Source: Alphaproteobacteria bacterium
GTDB lineage: Bacteria; Pseudomonadota; Alphaproteobacteria; UBA828
Direction of reading: 5' to 3'
DNA length: 64,000 bases
NCBI GenBank assembly: GCA_965237415.1
Contig: CBDEFM010000002.1
Coordinates: 2,848,001 to 2,912,000 of the forward strand
Shown: piece by piece, positions 49,466 to 59,256 of the stretch
Layout: every line of letters starts with the position of its first letter
Position numbering within the stretch: the stretch's first letter is position 1
The notes under the pieces: generated by a model
What the model was told of the DNA's origin: nothing
Databases searched by the model: none
Seen by the model: only the letters and a program-made list of their open reading frames with translations
Translations under genes and position numbers: made by a program

Positions 49466-50772
49466 GCAGCTTCAGCCCCCGTGAGATCGTCTCAGAGCTC
49501 GACCGCTTCATCGTGGGCCAGGACGACGCCAAGCGCTCCGTCGCGATTGCGCTCCGCAACCGCTGGCGGCGCCAGCGGCTCGCCGACGATCTGCGCGAAG
49601 AGGTGATGCCCAAGAACATCCTGATGATCGGGCCGACCGGCGTCGGCAAGACCGAGATCGCACGCCGCCTCGCGCGCCTCGCCCAGGCGCCATTCATCAA
49701 GGTCGAGGCGACCAAGTTCACCGAGGTCGGCTATGTCGGCCGCGATGTCGAGCAGATCGTCCGCGATCTCGTCGAGGTCTCGATTCACATGACCCGCGAG
49801 CGCATGCGCAAGGAGGTCTCGGCCAGGGCCGAGCTCAACGCCGAGGAACGGGTGCTCGACGCGCTGGTGGGCAAGAACGCGAGCAAGGAGACGCGCGGCA
49901 AGTTCCGCAAGATGCTGCGCGACGGCTCGCTCTCCGACAAGGAGGTGGATATCGAGGTGAGCGAATCCGCGGCCTCGTCGCTGCCGACCTTCGAGATCCC
50001 CGGTATGCCCGGCGCCCAGATGGGCATGGTCAATCTCGGCGACATGTTCGGCAAGGCTTTCGGCGAGCAGAAGTCGATCAAGCGCATGACGGTGGAGGAG
50101 TCCTACGAAGCCCTGATGGCGGAGGAGAGCGACCGCCTGCTGGATCAGGATTTGGTCGTGCGCACCGCGCTGGAGAACGCCCGGAACGACGGCATCGTTT
50201 TCATCGACGAGATCGACAAGATCTGCGCCCGCTCGGACCGTCTCGGCGCCGACGTGAGCCGCGAGGGCGTACAGCGCGACCTGCTGCCGCTGATCGAGGG
50301 CACCACGGTCACGACCAAGCACGGCGCGGTGACCACCGACCACATCCTCTTCATCGCCTCCGGCGCCTTTCATCTGGCGAAGCCGGCGGACCTCTTGCCG
50401 GAGCTCCAGGGGCGGCTGCCGATCCGCGTCGAGCTGAATTCGCTTGCTCGCGATGACCTGAAGAAGATCCTGACTGAGCCCGAAAACAACCTGATTCGCC
50501 AGTACCGAGCGCTGATGGAGACCGAGAACGTGACGCTCGACTTCAGCGACTGCGCCATCGACGCGGTGTCGGACCTCGCCGCCGAGGTCAACCACGCGAT
50601 CGAGAATATCGGCGCGCGCAGGCTGCACACGGTGATGGAGAAGCTCCTGGAGGAGATCAGCTTCGAGGCGGCCGACCGCTCGGGCGAGACCATCACCATC
50701 GATGCGGCCTACGTGGAGGCCCACGTGGGCGACCTTGCCAAGGACACGGACCTCAGCAAGTTCATCCTCTGA
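49462..50772 (+). CDS. hslU: ATP-dependent protease ATPase subunit HslU
   Basis: [41 protein letters not shown]-terminal KFIL. Confidence 0.98.
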   Translation: MSSFSPREIVSELDRFIVGQDDAKRSVAIALRNRWRRQRLADDLREEVMPKNILMIGPTGVGKTEIARRLARLAQAPFIKVEATKFTEVGYVGRDVEQIVRDLVEVSIHMTRERMRKEVSARAELNAEERVLDALVGKNASKETRGKFRKMLRDGSLSDKEVDIEVSESAASSLPTFEIPGMPGAQMGMVNLGDMFGKAFGEQKSIKRMTVEESYEALMAEESDRLLDQDLVVRTALENARNDGIVFIDEIDKICARSDRLGADVSREGVQRDLLPLIEGTTVTTKHGAVTTDHILFIASGAFHLAKPADLLPELQGRLPIRVELNSLARDDLKKILTEPENNLIRQYRALMETENVTLDFSDCAIDAVSDLAAEVNHAIENIGARRLHTVMEKLLEEISFEAADRSGETITIDAAYVEAHVGDLAKDTDLSKFIL

Positions 50773-50808
50773 GCCGGCACGCCCCGGCCGCCCGGCGCCG
50801 CCCCGCCG

Positions 50809-51501
50809 CTAAATTCCCAGATACTCGTCCACGATCGCCTGGTCGGAGAGCTGCTCGGGCGCGATTTGGGCAACGATGGTGCCCTTCTGCATGATCAGCA
50901 CCCGCTCCGCCAGCGCGGCGATGAAGCGCAGGTTCTGCTCGACCAGGAGGACCGTGAGGTCGAGGGCGGCGGCAAGCTCGGCGAGCTTGGCCTGGATCTG
51001 ATCGACAATGGAGGGCTGGATGCCTTCGGTGGGCTCGTCGAGCAGCAAGAGGCGCGGCCGGCCGACGAGGCAGCGCGCGAGCGCCAGAATCTGCTGCTCG
51101 CCGCCCGAGAGCGCGCGCCCCGGCCGCTCCAGCAGCGCCTGCAGCATCGGGAAGTAGTCCAACAGCTCCGGCACGGCGCTCTGCCCGCCGCGCACGATCT
51201 CGCCCATACGCAGATTGTCCATGACGCTGAGCTGCGGGTAGATGTCGCGCCCCTGCGGCACGTAGCCGATGCCGAGCCGGGCGCGCCTGTGCATGGCAAG
51301 CCGGGTGATATCGTCTCCCTCGAAGCTGATGCTCCCGCCGGTGGCCCTGATCTCCCCCATCAGCGCGCGCAGCAGGGTCGTCTTACCCATGCCGTTGTGG
51401 CCGAGCACGCCTACGATCTCGCCGCGCGCGATCGAAAAGTCGATGCCGTTCAGGATCGGGATGCGGCCGTAGCCGGCGTTGAGTCCCTCCACCTCAAGCA
51501 A
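50809..51501 (-). CDS. Urea/amide-type ABC ATP-binding protein (UrtE/LivF-like)
   Basis: GHNGMGKTT, YVPQGR, LSGGEQQ, DEPTEGIQP. Confidence 0.92.
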   Translation of the reverse strand: MLEVEGLNAGYGRIPILNGIDFSIARGEIVGVLGHNGMGKTTLLRALMGEIRATGGSISFEGDDITRLAMHRRARLGIGYVPQGRDIYPQLSVMDNLRMGEIVRGGQSAVPELLDYFPMLQALLERPGRALSGGEQQILALARCLVGRPRLLLLDEPTEGIQPSIVDQIQAKLAELAAALDLTVLLVEQNLRFIAALAERVLIMQKGTIVAQIAPEQLSDQAIVDEYLGI

Positions 51502-52234
51502 GGCCGGAGGTCCCCAGATAGACCTCGCGCACGGCCTGGTTGGCCTGAATGCGCGCCATGGTGTCCTCGGCCAGGATACGGCCCTGGTGAAACACGGTGA
51601 CGATATCGGCGATCTGGCGGATGAACTGCATGTCGTGCTCGACCACGACGATGGTGGTGGTCCGGTTCGCCTCGCGGATCAGCGCTGCCGTGCGGTTCGT
51701 CTCCTCGATGCTCATGCCCGCGGTCGGCTCGTCGAGCAGGATGATCTCGGGCTCCAGCGCCATGACCATGCCGAACTCGACCCACTGGCGCTGGCCGTGA
51801 GCAAGGGCGCCGAGCAGCTGCCAGCGGATGTCTACGAGGTCGAGCCGGGCAAGCGTCTCGTCCACCTTGGCCCGCGCGGCCCGCGCGCCGTGGCGAAAGT
51901 GGGCTGCGAGCCACAGGTTCTCTTCCACGGTAGTCCCGTCATAAACGTCCGGGACCTGGTTCTTGATGCCGATGCCGAGGCGCGAGATTTCATGCGGATG
52001 CGCGCGGCTGATGTCGCGGCCGTCGAACAGGACTTGCCCGCGAGAGGGCCTGATCTGGGCGGTGAGCATCTTGAAGAAGGTGCTCTTGCCGGCGCCGTTC
52101 GGCCCGATCAGGCAGCGGAGCTCGCCGCGCCTCAGCGCGAAGTCGACGCCGGCGATGGCGCTTACGCCGCCGAAGCGCTTCTCCAGCGCCCGCGTCTCCA
52201 GGATGACGTCGTCCTGGCGCACCGCCTCGCTCAC
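51494..52234 (-). CDS. Urea/amide-type ABC ATP-binding protein (UrtD/LivG-like)
   Basis: C-terminal part of the 926-aa track ORF; GTG start overlapping the upstream stop; GPNGAGKST, LAHGQRQWVE, VVEHDM. Confidence 0.92.
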   Translation of the reverse strand: MSEAVRQDDVILETRALEKRFGGVSAIAGVDFALRRGELRCLIGPNGAGKSTFFKMLTAQIRPSRGQVLFDGRDISRAHPHEISRLGIGIKNQVPDVYDGTTVEENLWLAAHFRHGARAARAKVDETLARLDLVDIRWQLLGALAHGQRQWVEFGMVMALEPEIILLDEPTAGMSIEETNRTAALIREANRTTTIVVVEHDMQFIRQIADIVTVFHQGRILAEDTMARIQANQAVREVYLGTSGLA

Positions 52235-53340
52235 GGTTTTCCCCCTTGGCGCCTTCCCCGGCGCGGCGGGCCCGAGCGCCAGGTGAGGCGCTGCGCGAAC
52301 TCGGCAAGTCGTTCTCCAAGTGTCGCGCGGTCCAGCCAGAGGCCCGGCAGGGAGCCGATACTCGGCAGCAGTCCCCGCTGGAAGACCAGGACGAAGAGGA
52401 TCAGCACCGCGCCCAGCACCAGCGTCACCTGGCCCACGCCCTGGGTACCGAGCCAGCCCTTGAAATGCTCGATGGCGAAGACGCCCGCGATCGGCCCGAT
52501 CAAGGTTCCCTTGCCGCCGACCAGTACCCACATGATGACGTCGGCGGCGCGGCCCAGGCTGAACATCTCCGGATGCGCCAGCGGAATCGAGATGGCGTAG
52601 AGGGCGCCGCCGAGGCCGGCCACGCCGCCCGCCAGCATGAAGGCCGCGAGCTTGTAGCGCCTGGTGTCGTAGCCGAGCAGCTCGGTCCTGCGCTCGTTCT
52701 CGCGGATGCCCACGAGCACCCGGCCGAAGGGCGTGGTGAGTATCAGCCGGAGTCCGATGTAGACGAGGATCATGAGCACGGCGCCGACCCAGAAGAACCA
52801 GTTGATGTCGAGCTGGACCGACGGGTTCCACGGCACGTCGAGCTGCGGCACGGTGGGGATGCCGTTCTGCCCGTTGAGCCGAACCTTGCCGATCACGTAC
52901 TGGTCGCCGGAGGTGGCGCGGATGCCCTTCTCGAGGATCAGCGTGAAGACGAGGGTGATGACGCTTAGATAGATCTCGCTGATACGGCCGTAGATCATGA
53001 AGTAGCCGAGGATGCCGGCGCCGGCCGCGCCAAGGGCGACGGCGAAGAAGACCGAGCCCGTGGTCTCGCCCGTATTGAGCGCGAGCACGGCAAAGCCGTA
53101 GCCGCCGAGGCCGAAGAACGCGGTCTGCCCGAAGCTCAGGATTCCGCTGAAGCCCCAGAGGAATCCCATGCTGAGCGCGAGCATGGCCATCCCGAAGAAG
53201 CGCGACATCTCCAGGATGACGAAAATCTCCAGGTGGAAGGGCATGGTGATGAAGAACGCCGCGAGCGCCGCGATAAAGACCCACCACCACCACTTCGGCC
53301 GCTCGCTCGAGTGCTGCATGGCGATGATGCCGTGGATCAT
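52231..53340 (-). CDS. Urea/amide-type ABC permease (UrtC/LivM-like)
   Basis: WGFSGILSFGQTAFFGLGGY, FGRVLVGIRENE.R...LGY, VGGKGTLIG. Confidence 0.92.
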   Translation of the reverse strand: MIHGIIAMQHSSERPKWWWWVFIAALAAFFITMPFHLEIFVILEMSRFFGMAMLALSMGFLWGFSGILSFGQTAFFGLGGYGFAVLALNTGETTGSVFFAVALGAAGAGILGYFMIYGRISEIYLSVITLVFTLILEKGIRATSGDQYVIGKVRLNGQNGIPTVPQLDVPWNPSVQLDINWFFWVGAVLMILVYIGLRLILTTPFGRVLVGIRENERRTELLGYDTRRYKLAAFMLAGGVAGLGGALYAISIPLAHPEMFSLGRAADVIMWVLVGGKGTLIGPIAGVFAIEHFKGWLGTQGVGQVTLVLGAVLILFVLVFQRGLLPSIGSLPGLWLDRATLGERLAEFAQRLTWRSGPPRRGRRQGGKP

Positions 53341-53343
53341 CGC

Positions 53344-54204
53344 TCAGACCCCGCGCGTCATGCGCCCGGTGATCCCGAGCGGCAGCAGCCGAAGCAGGAT
53401 GATGGCGACGAAGAGCACCGTCATCTCGCCGATCACCGAGCTCGAGACGGTGGCGACGATGCCGTCCATGGTGCTGAAGAGGCCGGATGCGCTCACCGTG
53501 CCGATCAGCGGCAGATGGCCGCCGGTGATGACCGTGATGAAGGCCTTGGCAACATAGACGATGCCGAGCGTGGGATAGGCGCCGACGATGGGCGACAGTA
53601 CCGCGCCAGCAAGCCCGGTGAGCGCCGAGCCGAACGCGAAGGTCAGCATGTAGACGAGGCTGCGGTTGACCCCGAGTGCGGCGGAGATCGTCGGGTTCTG
53701 CATGGTACCGCGCACGATCAGCCCGTAGCGGGTAAAGCGCCAGAAGGCATAGACCGCACCCAGCAACGCCACAGCGATCGCCATCATCACGAGGCCATAG
53801 ACCGGGAGCCCGAAGGCGCCCACCTGGACGTTGCCGAGCGGGGCGGCCACGCTCTCGGTCTGGGGTCCGAAGATCGTGGTGACGCCGCCCACCAGCAGCA
53901 GGCTCAGCCCCCAGGTCGCGAGCAGCGTGTCGATGATGCGGCCGTAGAGCCACTGGATGATGAAACGCTCGACGATGATGCCGAAGAGGCCGACGGCAAG
54001 CGCCGACACGATGAAGGAGAGCCAGAGGTTGATCCCGGCATGGCTGCAGAGCGTGCAGAAGTAGGCGCCGAGCATGAGGAACTCGCCCTGCGCCAGATTG
54101 ATGACCCGCATCATCCCGAAGATGACCGCAAGCCCGAGGCTGATCAGGATGAAGATCGAAAAGGAAAAGCCGATCTGGAAGAGATAGTTTGCGACCTGAT
54201 CCAC
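53344..54204 (-). CDS. Urea/amide-type ABC permease (UrtB/LivH-like)
   Basis: GLAVIFGMMRVINLAQGEFLMLGAY, TLLATWG. Confidence 0.92.
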   Translation of the reverse strand: MDQVANYLFQIGFSFSIFILISLGLAVIFGMMRVINLAQGEFLMLGAYFCTLCSHAGINLWLSFIVSALAVGLFGIIVERFIIQWLYGRIIDTLLATWGLSLLLVGGVTTIFGPQTESVAAPLGNVQVGAFGLPVYGLVMMAIAVALLGAVYAFWRFTRYGLIVRGTMQNPTISAALGVNRSLVYMLTFAFGSALTGLAGAVLSPIVGAYPTLGIVYVAKAFITVITGGHLPLIGTVSASGLFSTMDGIVATVSSSVIGEMTVLFVAIILLRLLPLGITGRMTRGV

Positions 54205-54329
54205 CCGTCACCCCCGCCGCCCCGGCAAGACCCGCCGGGGCGGAACACGCATCCGCAGACGCGGGCCGGAGCATTGGCGGCAGCGTGCGCTGCCGCCAGC
54301 CCGCAACCCTAACGTCCGGGCAACGATTG

Positions 54330-54379
54330 CGCCGTCGTCATGCTGCAGCCCGAGGCGCTGCGGCGCACCGACGACGGCG
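54330..54379. repeat. Intergenic inverted repeat between binding-protein and permease genes
   Basis: CGCCGTCGTC ... GACGACGGCG. Confidence 0.55.
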
Positions 54380-54399
54380 GTACCTTTGCGCCCCGATCC

Positions 54400-55647
54400 C
54401 TACTCGACATCGACCTCGTACTGGGTCTTGTCGTCGGGGTTGGCGTGAAGGTCGCAGACCTGCTGCGTATCCAGCGGCGGGCGCTGCGAGAACGAGCGGA
54501 TCACGTCGAAGGTTTGCGTCATGTTGCCGCGCACGATGTGGATGTCCATCGTCGTGTGGTTGGTCTGACCGTCGACCGTGTATTGGCCGCCCGCGCCGAC
54601 CACGCTGACGTTGCCTGAGGCAAGTGCCTCGATCACGGCGTCGGGGCTGGCATCGCCGGCCTGACGCGCGGCTTCGGCCCAGACCTTGACCCCGCGCTCG
54701 CCGTACTCGCCGTACTCGCCGACATAGCCGGTGTCGCCGGTGTAGGCCTGGAAGCGGCTCACGAAATCCTTGGCCTCGGCCGTGTCGAGATCGTCCACGA
54801 AGGAGGTCGCGAGGATGATGCCGTTGCCCTCCTCGGGGCTGAGCTGGGTGTGCTCTAGCCCAACGCCGTAGGAGCCTGACGCCAGCATCATGCGGTCCTT
54901 GCCGATCGAGGCTTCGAACTGGCGGTAGAAGGCGATGTGGGCGCCGCCCACCAGCGCCGACATGACCACGTCGGGCTTCGCTGCCTGAATGCGCGAGATC
55001 GCCGGCTGGAAGTTGTTCACGTCGAGCGGGAAGAACTCGACCGCCAGGTCCTCGCCGCCGTTGTCGCGAGTGAACTTCTGCATCCACTTGGACGTGATGT
55101 GGCCGTAGTTGTAGTCGGCGGCGAGGATGTAGGTGCGCTTGCCGCCAAGCTCGTTCACCACATAGTCGAACAGCGGCTCAAGTTGCTGCGCCGGTACCAT
55201 CCCGGTCGACACGTGGCGGCGGTCGCAGACGCCGCCTTCATAGAGCGAGTTGTAGAAGAGCAGCCCCTTGAAGCGGTTCACGATGGGGCGCATCACCTCG
55301 CGCGAGGAGCTGGTGATGCCGCCATGCACCACCACGCACTTGTCCTTGACCAGTGCCTCGGTGACGTACTGGGAGTTGTACTGGCCGTCGGATTGGGAAT
55401 CGTAGAACACGAGCTCCAGCGGCCGGCCCAGCAGGCCGCCGGCGGCGTTGATCTCGTCCACCGCCATTGCCGTCGCCTGGATCTGCTTCAGGCTGTAGAT
55501 GTTGAGGATGCCGGTGCGGTCGAGGATGTTGCCGACCTTGATCGGGTCCTCGCTGGCGATGCCGGCGCGTCGCAGAACATGAGGAAGGCTGGCGAAGGCC
55601 AGCGCGCCGGATGCGGCCTGGAAAAACTGTCTGCGGCTCAGTCTCAT
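54400..55647 (-). CDS. Urea/amide-type ABC substrate-binding protein (UrtA/AmiC-like), Tat signal
   Basis: SRRQFF; EINAAGGLLGR, GGITSSSRE, YEGG, ADYNYG. Confidence 0.9.
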   Translation of the reverse strand: MRLSRRQFFQAASGALAFASLPHVLRRAGIASEDPIKVGNILDRTGILNIYSLKQIQATAMAVDEINAAGGLLGRPLELVFYDSQSDGQYNSQYVTEALVKDKCVVVHGGITSSSREVMRPIVNRFKGLLFYNSLYEGGVCDRRHVSTGMVPAQQLEPLFDYVVNELGGKRTYILAADYNYGHITSKWMQKFTRDNGGEDLAVEFFPLDVNNFQPAISRIQAAKPDVVMSALVGGAHIAFYRQFEASIGKDRMMLASGSYGVGLEHTQLSPEEGNGIILATSFVDDLDTAEAKDFVSRFQAYTGDTGYVGEYGEYGERGVKVWAEAARQAGDASPDAVIEALASGNVSVVGAGGQYTVDGQTNHTTMDIHIVRGNMTQTFDVIRSFSQRPPLDTQQVCDLHANPDDKTQYEVDVE

Positions 55648-55741
55648 GGTCTGCTCCCTACCGGTTGGCTCGGCGGCCTCATGCCGCCGGGCGGCCATCA
55701 TAATTGCAGGTACTACACCCGTTCAACAAACGCCTTGACGC

Positions 55742-56659
55742 TCAGAGGGCTTCGACCAGCGCGAGGCTTTCCTCCGCCATGGCGGCGATGAAGCGGTTCA
55801 TCCTCTTCTTGAGCTGCGGCAGGTCGCGCGAGCGGGCGACCGTGGCCTCGTTCATGTAGAGGCGACGGTTGACCTCGATCTGCAGCGCGTGAACGCGCTT
55901 GGCCGGCTGGCCGTAATGGGCGGTGGTGAAGGCGCCGGCGTAGGGTTCGTTGCGCCTGACCGAGAAACCGAGATCGCGGAGGATGCGCTCCGCCGTCTCG
56001 ATCACGGCAGGCTTGCATGACGCGCCGAAGCGGTCGCCCAGCACGATGTCCGGCCGGGGCGTGCCGCGGTCGCGGTCCGTCGGCCCGCCGACCGAGGGCA
56101 TCGAGTGGCAGTCGAGAACGAACGCCGCACCGAAGTCGCGCAATGTCGCCTCGATGAGCCCTTCGAGCGCCCGGTGATAGGGCCGGTAGAGCGTGTCGAT
56201 GCGTTGCTCGGCCTCGGCGTAGGACATCTTGCCCGCGTATATTTCGGCGCCCGAGGCGACCATGCGGGCGATGGTGCCGAAGCCTGCGCGCACCCGGTCT
56301 GAGCGGGTCTTCACATGGCTCGGCAGTGGCTCAGAGAACATCTCCGGGTCGAGCTCGTAGGGTTCGCGGTTCGGATCCAGATAGGCGCGCGGGTAGAGCG
56401 CGCAGAGCAGCGGCGCGCCGCCCTCGGGCGCGCCGGCGAAAATCTCGTCGACGAAGCTATCCTCGGAGCGCCGCAGGCTTTTCTCGTCGAGCCGGGAGCT
56501 CGCGATGAATGCGGGCTCGTATTTTGTGCCGCTGTGGGGGGAGGCGAAGATGAGCGGCGCCGTCTGGCGCGTCGGCAGTCGGATGTCGATGATCCCGTTG
56601 ACGGCCTCCGGCGGGGGCTCCTCGCGGCGTCGCCGGGCGTTTGGTCGTCCTCGACTCAT
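55742..56659 (-). CDS. N-formylglutamate amidohydrolase family protein
   Basis: ASPHSG, DPNRE, YRPYH, DCHSMPS, DIVLGDRFG, PYAG, ALQIEVNR; start uncertain. Confidence 0.9.
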   Translation of the reverse strand: MSRGRPNARRRREEPPPEAVNGIIDIRLPTRQTAPLIFASPHSGTKYEPAFIASSRLDEKSLRRSEDSFVDEIFAGAPEGGAPLLCALYPRAYLDPNREPYELDPEMFSEPLPSHVKTRSDRVRAGFGTIARMVASGAEIYAGKMSYAEAEQRIDTLYRPYHRALEGLIEATLRDFGAAFVLDCHSMPSVGGPTDRDRGTPRPDIVLGDRFGASCKPAVIETAERILRDLGFSVRRNEPYAGAFTTAHYGQPAKRVHALQIEVNRRLYMNEATVARSRDLPQLKKRMNRFIAAMAEESLALVEAL

Positions 56660-56754
56660 CCCTCGCGGTTTAGACCAAAAAATCGGCCCTGTCATCCGTG
56701 CGCCCGCCCTTGCCAACGCCGCGCGCGCGGTGGTAATCCCGCTCAATGCGGCAG

Positions 56755-56829
56755 GGGCGCTTAGCTCAGGGGGAGAGCGCTTGCTTGACATGCAAGAGGT
56801 CCCTGGTTCGATCCCAGGAGCGCCCACCA
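56755..56829 (+). tRNA. tRNA-Val(GAC)
   Basis: GGGCGCT/AGCGCCC acceptor stem, anticodon arm CTTGC-TTGACAT-GCAAG, GGTTCGATCC T-loop, encoded CCA. Confidence 0.97.
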
Positions 56830-56960
56830 CGCCGCCGCGCCCGCCCGCGAGCACGGGCTGAACGGCGGGCGCGCGGCGCGCAGCCCCGGCCTTACCTTCG
56901 CATGCCTGCCACACGCCTTGACCTGAGCGCGCGCTTGGCTGCGCCCTGCGATTGCAGGCG

Positions 56961-57920
56961 ATGAACCGGTTGCTGCACGATCTGCGCCAAAGCCGCCTCC
57001 TGCTGCCGACCGTGCTGCTGCTGCTCGGCGGCATCTCCTACGGCAGCCTCTTCACCGCCAACAAGATAGCGATCGACGCGGGCTTCCCCTTCATCGCCTA
57101 TTCGTTCTGGCAGGCGCTGTTCGCAGGCGTGGTTCTGCTCGCGCTGTCTGCGATCTTCTCCAAGCCGCCCTCGCTCCGGCGGGAGAACCTGCGGGTCTTC
57201 GCGCTGGTTGCGGTCTTCGGCTTCCTCGGGCCGCTGCTGGTGGTGACCTACGTTGCCGACCGCCTGCCGCCGGCGGTGCTCACGCTCTGCGCGGCCCTGA
57301 TCCCGGCGATCACCTACACGCTGACCCTCGTGCTCAGGTTCGACCGGCTGCGCTGGCTCAGCCTCGCCGGCGTGCTTATGGGTTTCGGCGGGATCCTCCT
57401 CATCGTCGTACCCACGGGCAGCCTGCCGATCTCGGGCGCCTGGGTGTGGGTTCTGTTCTCGCTGCTGATGCCGCTCGCGGCGGCGGTGAACAATGTCGCG
57501 GGCGCCCGCTTCTCTCCGGTGGGTGTGAGCGCGCTGGCGCTGGCCGGCGGCATGATGATCGTCGCCGCGCTCCTGCTGCTCGTGGTGATGCTCGCCCAGG
57601 GCGATTTCTTCCTGCCGACCGACGCCGCATCGTCCGGCCTCTGGGGTCTGCTCTGGGCGACGGCGGGCCAGGCAATCACCTACAGCTGCTTCTTCGAGAT
57701 CGTGCGCCGCGCCGGCGCGCTCTTCTTCGCGCAGCTCAACTATGTCGTGGTGGCGGCCGGAATCTTCTGGGCCAGCATCTTCTTCGGCACGGCGCTCAGC
57801 CACTGGGTCTGGGCTGCGGTCGCGGTGCTGGTGCTAAGCCTCGTCCTCATCAACGCCGGCACCGCGCGGGGCTTGCGCGAGCGGACCGCCCGCTATGAGG
57901 CGGATCGGTCGGGCCAATAA
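56961..57920 (+). CDS. DMT/EamA family transporter
   Basis: About 10 TM segments; EamA-like pattern (FEIVRRAGALFFAQLNY). Confidence 0.85.
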   Translation: MNRLLHDLRQSRLLLPTVLLLLGGISYGSLFTANKIAIDAGFPFIAYSFWQALFAGVVLLALSAIFSKPPSLRRENLRVFALVAVFGFLGPLLVVTYVADRLPPAVLTLCAALIPAITYTLTLVLRFDRLRWLSLAGVLMGFGGILLIVVPTGSLPISGAWVWVLFSLLMPLAAAVNNVAGARFSPVGVSALALAGGMMIVAALLLLVVMLAQGDFFLPTDAASSGLWGLLWATAGQAITYSCFFEIVRRAGALFFAQLNYVVVAAGIFWASIFFGTALSHWVWAAVAVLVLSLVLINAGTARGLRERTARYEADRSGQ

Positions 57921-57995
57921 AGTCATCGACAACCGCTTGCCGCCTCCCACATAACCGCCTATCTACCGCGAGCCTTTGAGCGACGATGGCGAACG

Positions 57996-59237
57996 ATGGC
58001 GTTCGGCCTCCTGAAATACGGCCTCTCCCGGCGCCGGCCGGTGAAGCGCTTCCTCAGCTCTCGGCCCGAACTCAGGCCGAGCTACGACGTGGCGATCATC
58101 GGCGGCGGCGGCCACGGGCTCGCGGCCGCCTACTATCTCGCGGCCCGGCACGGCGTGCGCAACGTCGCCGTGTTCGACAAGAGCTACCTCGGCGGCGGCA
58201 ACACCGGGCGCAACACCGCCATCATCCGCTCCAACTACCTGACGCCGGAAGGCGTCGCCTTCTACGAGGAATCGATGCGGTTGTATCGGGGCCTCAGCGA
58301 GGAGCTCGACTACAACATCCTCTATTCGGAGCGCGGGCACTTCACCCTCGCGCACTCCGATGCGGCCATGCGCACCTCACGCTGGCGGGCCGAGGTGAAC
58401 AAGCATCTCGGCGTCGATTCCGAGCTCGTCGGGCGTGAGGAGCTCTCCCGCCTGGAGCCACTACTCAACATGTCCGAGGAGGTCCGCCACCCGATCCTTG
58501 GCGCCCTCTATCACCCGCCTGGCGCGCTTGCCCGCCACGATGCGGTCGCCTGGGGCTACGCCGGCCGCGCCCAGGAGCTCGGTGTCGAGATCCATCAGGA
58601 GACCGAGGTCACGGGCATCAAGGTGGAGAACGGGCGCGTCACCGGGCTCGAGACCAGCCGGGGGCCGATCGCCTGCGACAAGGCGATGCAGGCGGTGGCG
58701 GGCCTCAGCGGCCAAGTCGCGCGGCTCGCGGGTTTCACGCTGCCGATCCGCACCGTGCCGCTGCAGGCCTGCGTGTCGCTGCCGCTCAAGCCCTTCCTCG
58801 ACCCGATCATCGTCTCGGGCAGTCTGCACGTCTATATCACGCAGTCCGACCGGGGCGAGCTGGTGATGGGGGGCGCGACCGACCCCTATCCGCGCTACCA
58901 GACCTCGTCCACCCTCGACTTCATGGAGGGGCTGATGGCGCACATCCTGGAACTCTTCCCCTTCATGGGCGACATCCCGGTGCTGCGCCAGTGGGCCGGC
59001 ATGACCGACATGACGCCAGACTTCGCACCGGTCATGGGGCTGACCCCGGTCGAGAACTACTACATCGATTCGGGCTGGGGCACCTGGGGCTTCAAGGCGA
59101 CGCCCGTCTGCGGCACCAGCATGGCGGAGCTGATCGCGACCGGCCGCGTGCCCGAGCTGATCAAGGACTTCCGCCTCGACCGTTTCCGCGACTTCTCGCT
59201 CATGGGCGAGAAGGGCGCAGCCTCGGTCGGGCACTAG
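57996..59237 (+). CDS. soxB: Sarcosine oxidase beta subunit family (probably N-methylglutamate dehydrogenase subunit A-like)
   Basis: GGGGHGLA.AYYLA, GGGNTGRNT.IIRSNY, ARHDAVAWGYA, GWGTWGFKATP. Confidence 0.9.
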   Translation: MAFGLLKYGLSRRRPVKRFLSSRPELRPSYDVAIIGGGGHGLAAAYYLAARHGVRNVAVFDKSYLGGGNTGRNTAIIRSNYLTPEGVAFYEESMRLYRGLSEELDYNILYSERGHFTLAHSDAAMRTSRWRAEVNKHLGVDSELVGREELSRLEPLLNMSEEVRHPILGALYHPPGALARHDAVAWGYAGRAQELGVEIHQETEVTGIKVENGRVTGLETSRGPIACDKAMQAVAGLSGQVARLAGFTLPIRTVPLQACVSLPLKPFLDPIIVSGSLHVYITQSDRGELVMGGATDPYPRYQTSSTLDFMEGLMAHILELFPFMGDIPVLRQWAGMTDMTPDFAPVMGLTPVENYYIDSGWGTWGFKATPVCGTSMAELIATGRVPELIKDFRLDRFRDFSLMGEKGAASVGH

Positions 59238-59256
59238 GGCCAAGGGTCGCGGCGCT

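Noticed and set aside
51494-54274. 926-aa ORF suggesting a giant ABC fusion
   Set aside because: Only the last ~246 codons encode the ATPase; the rest is off-frame over two real permease genes
56755-56900. tRNA-Val as an island integration site
   Set aside because: No integrase nearby, and I saw no duplicate of the tRNA 3' end in the window
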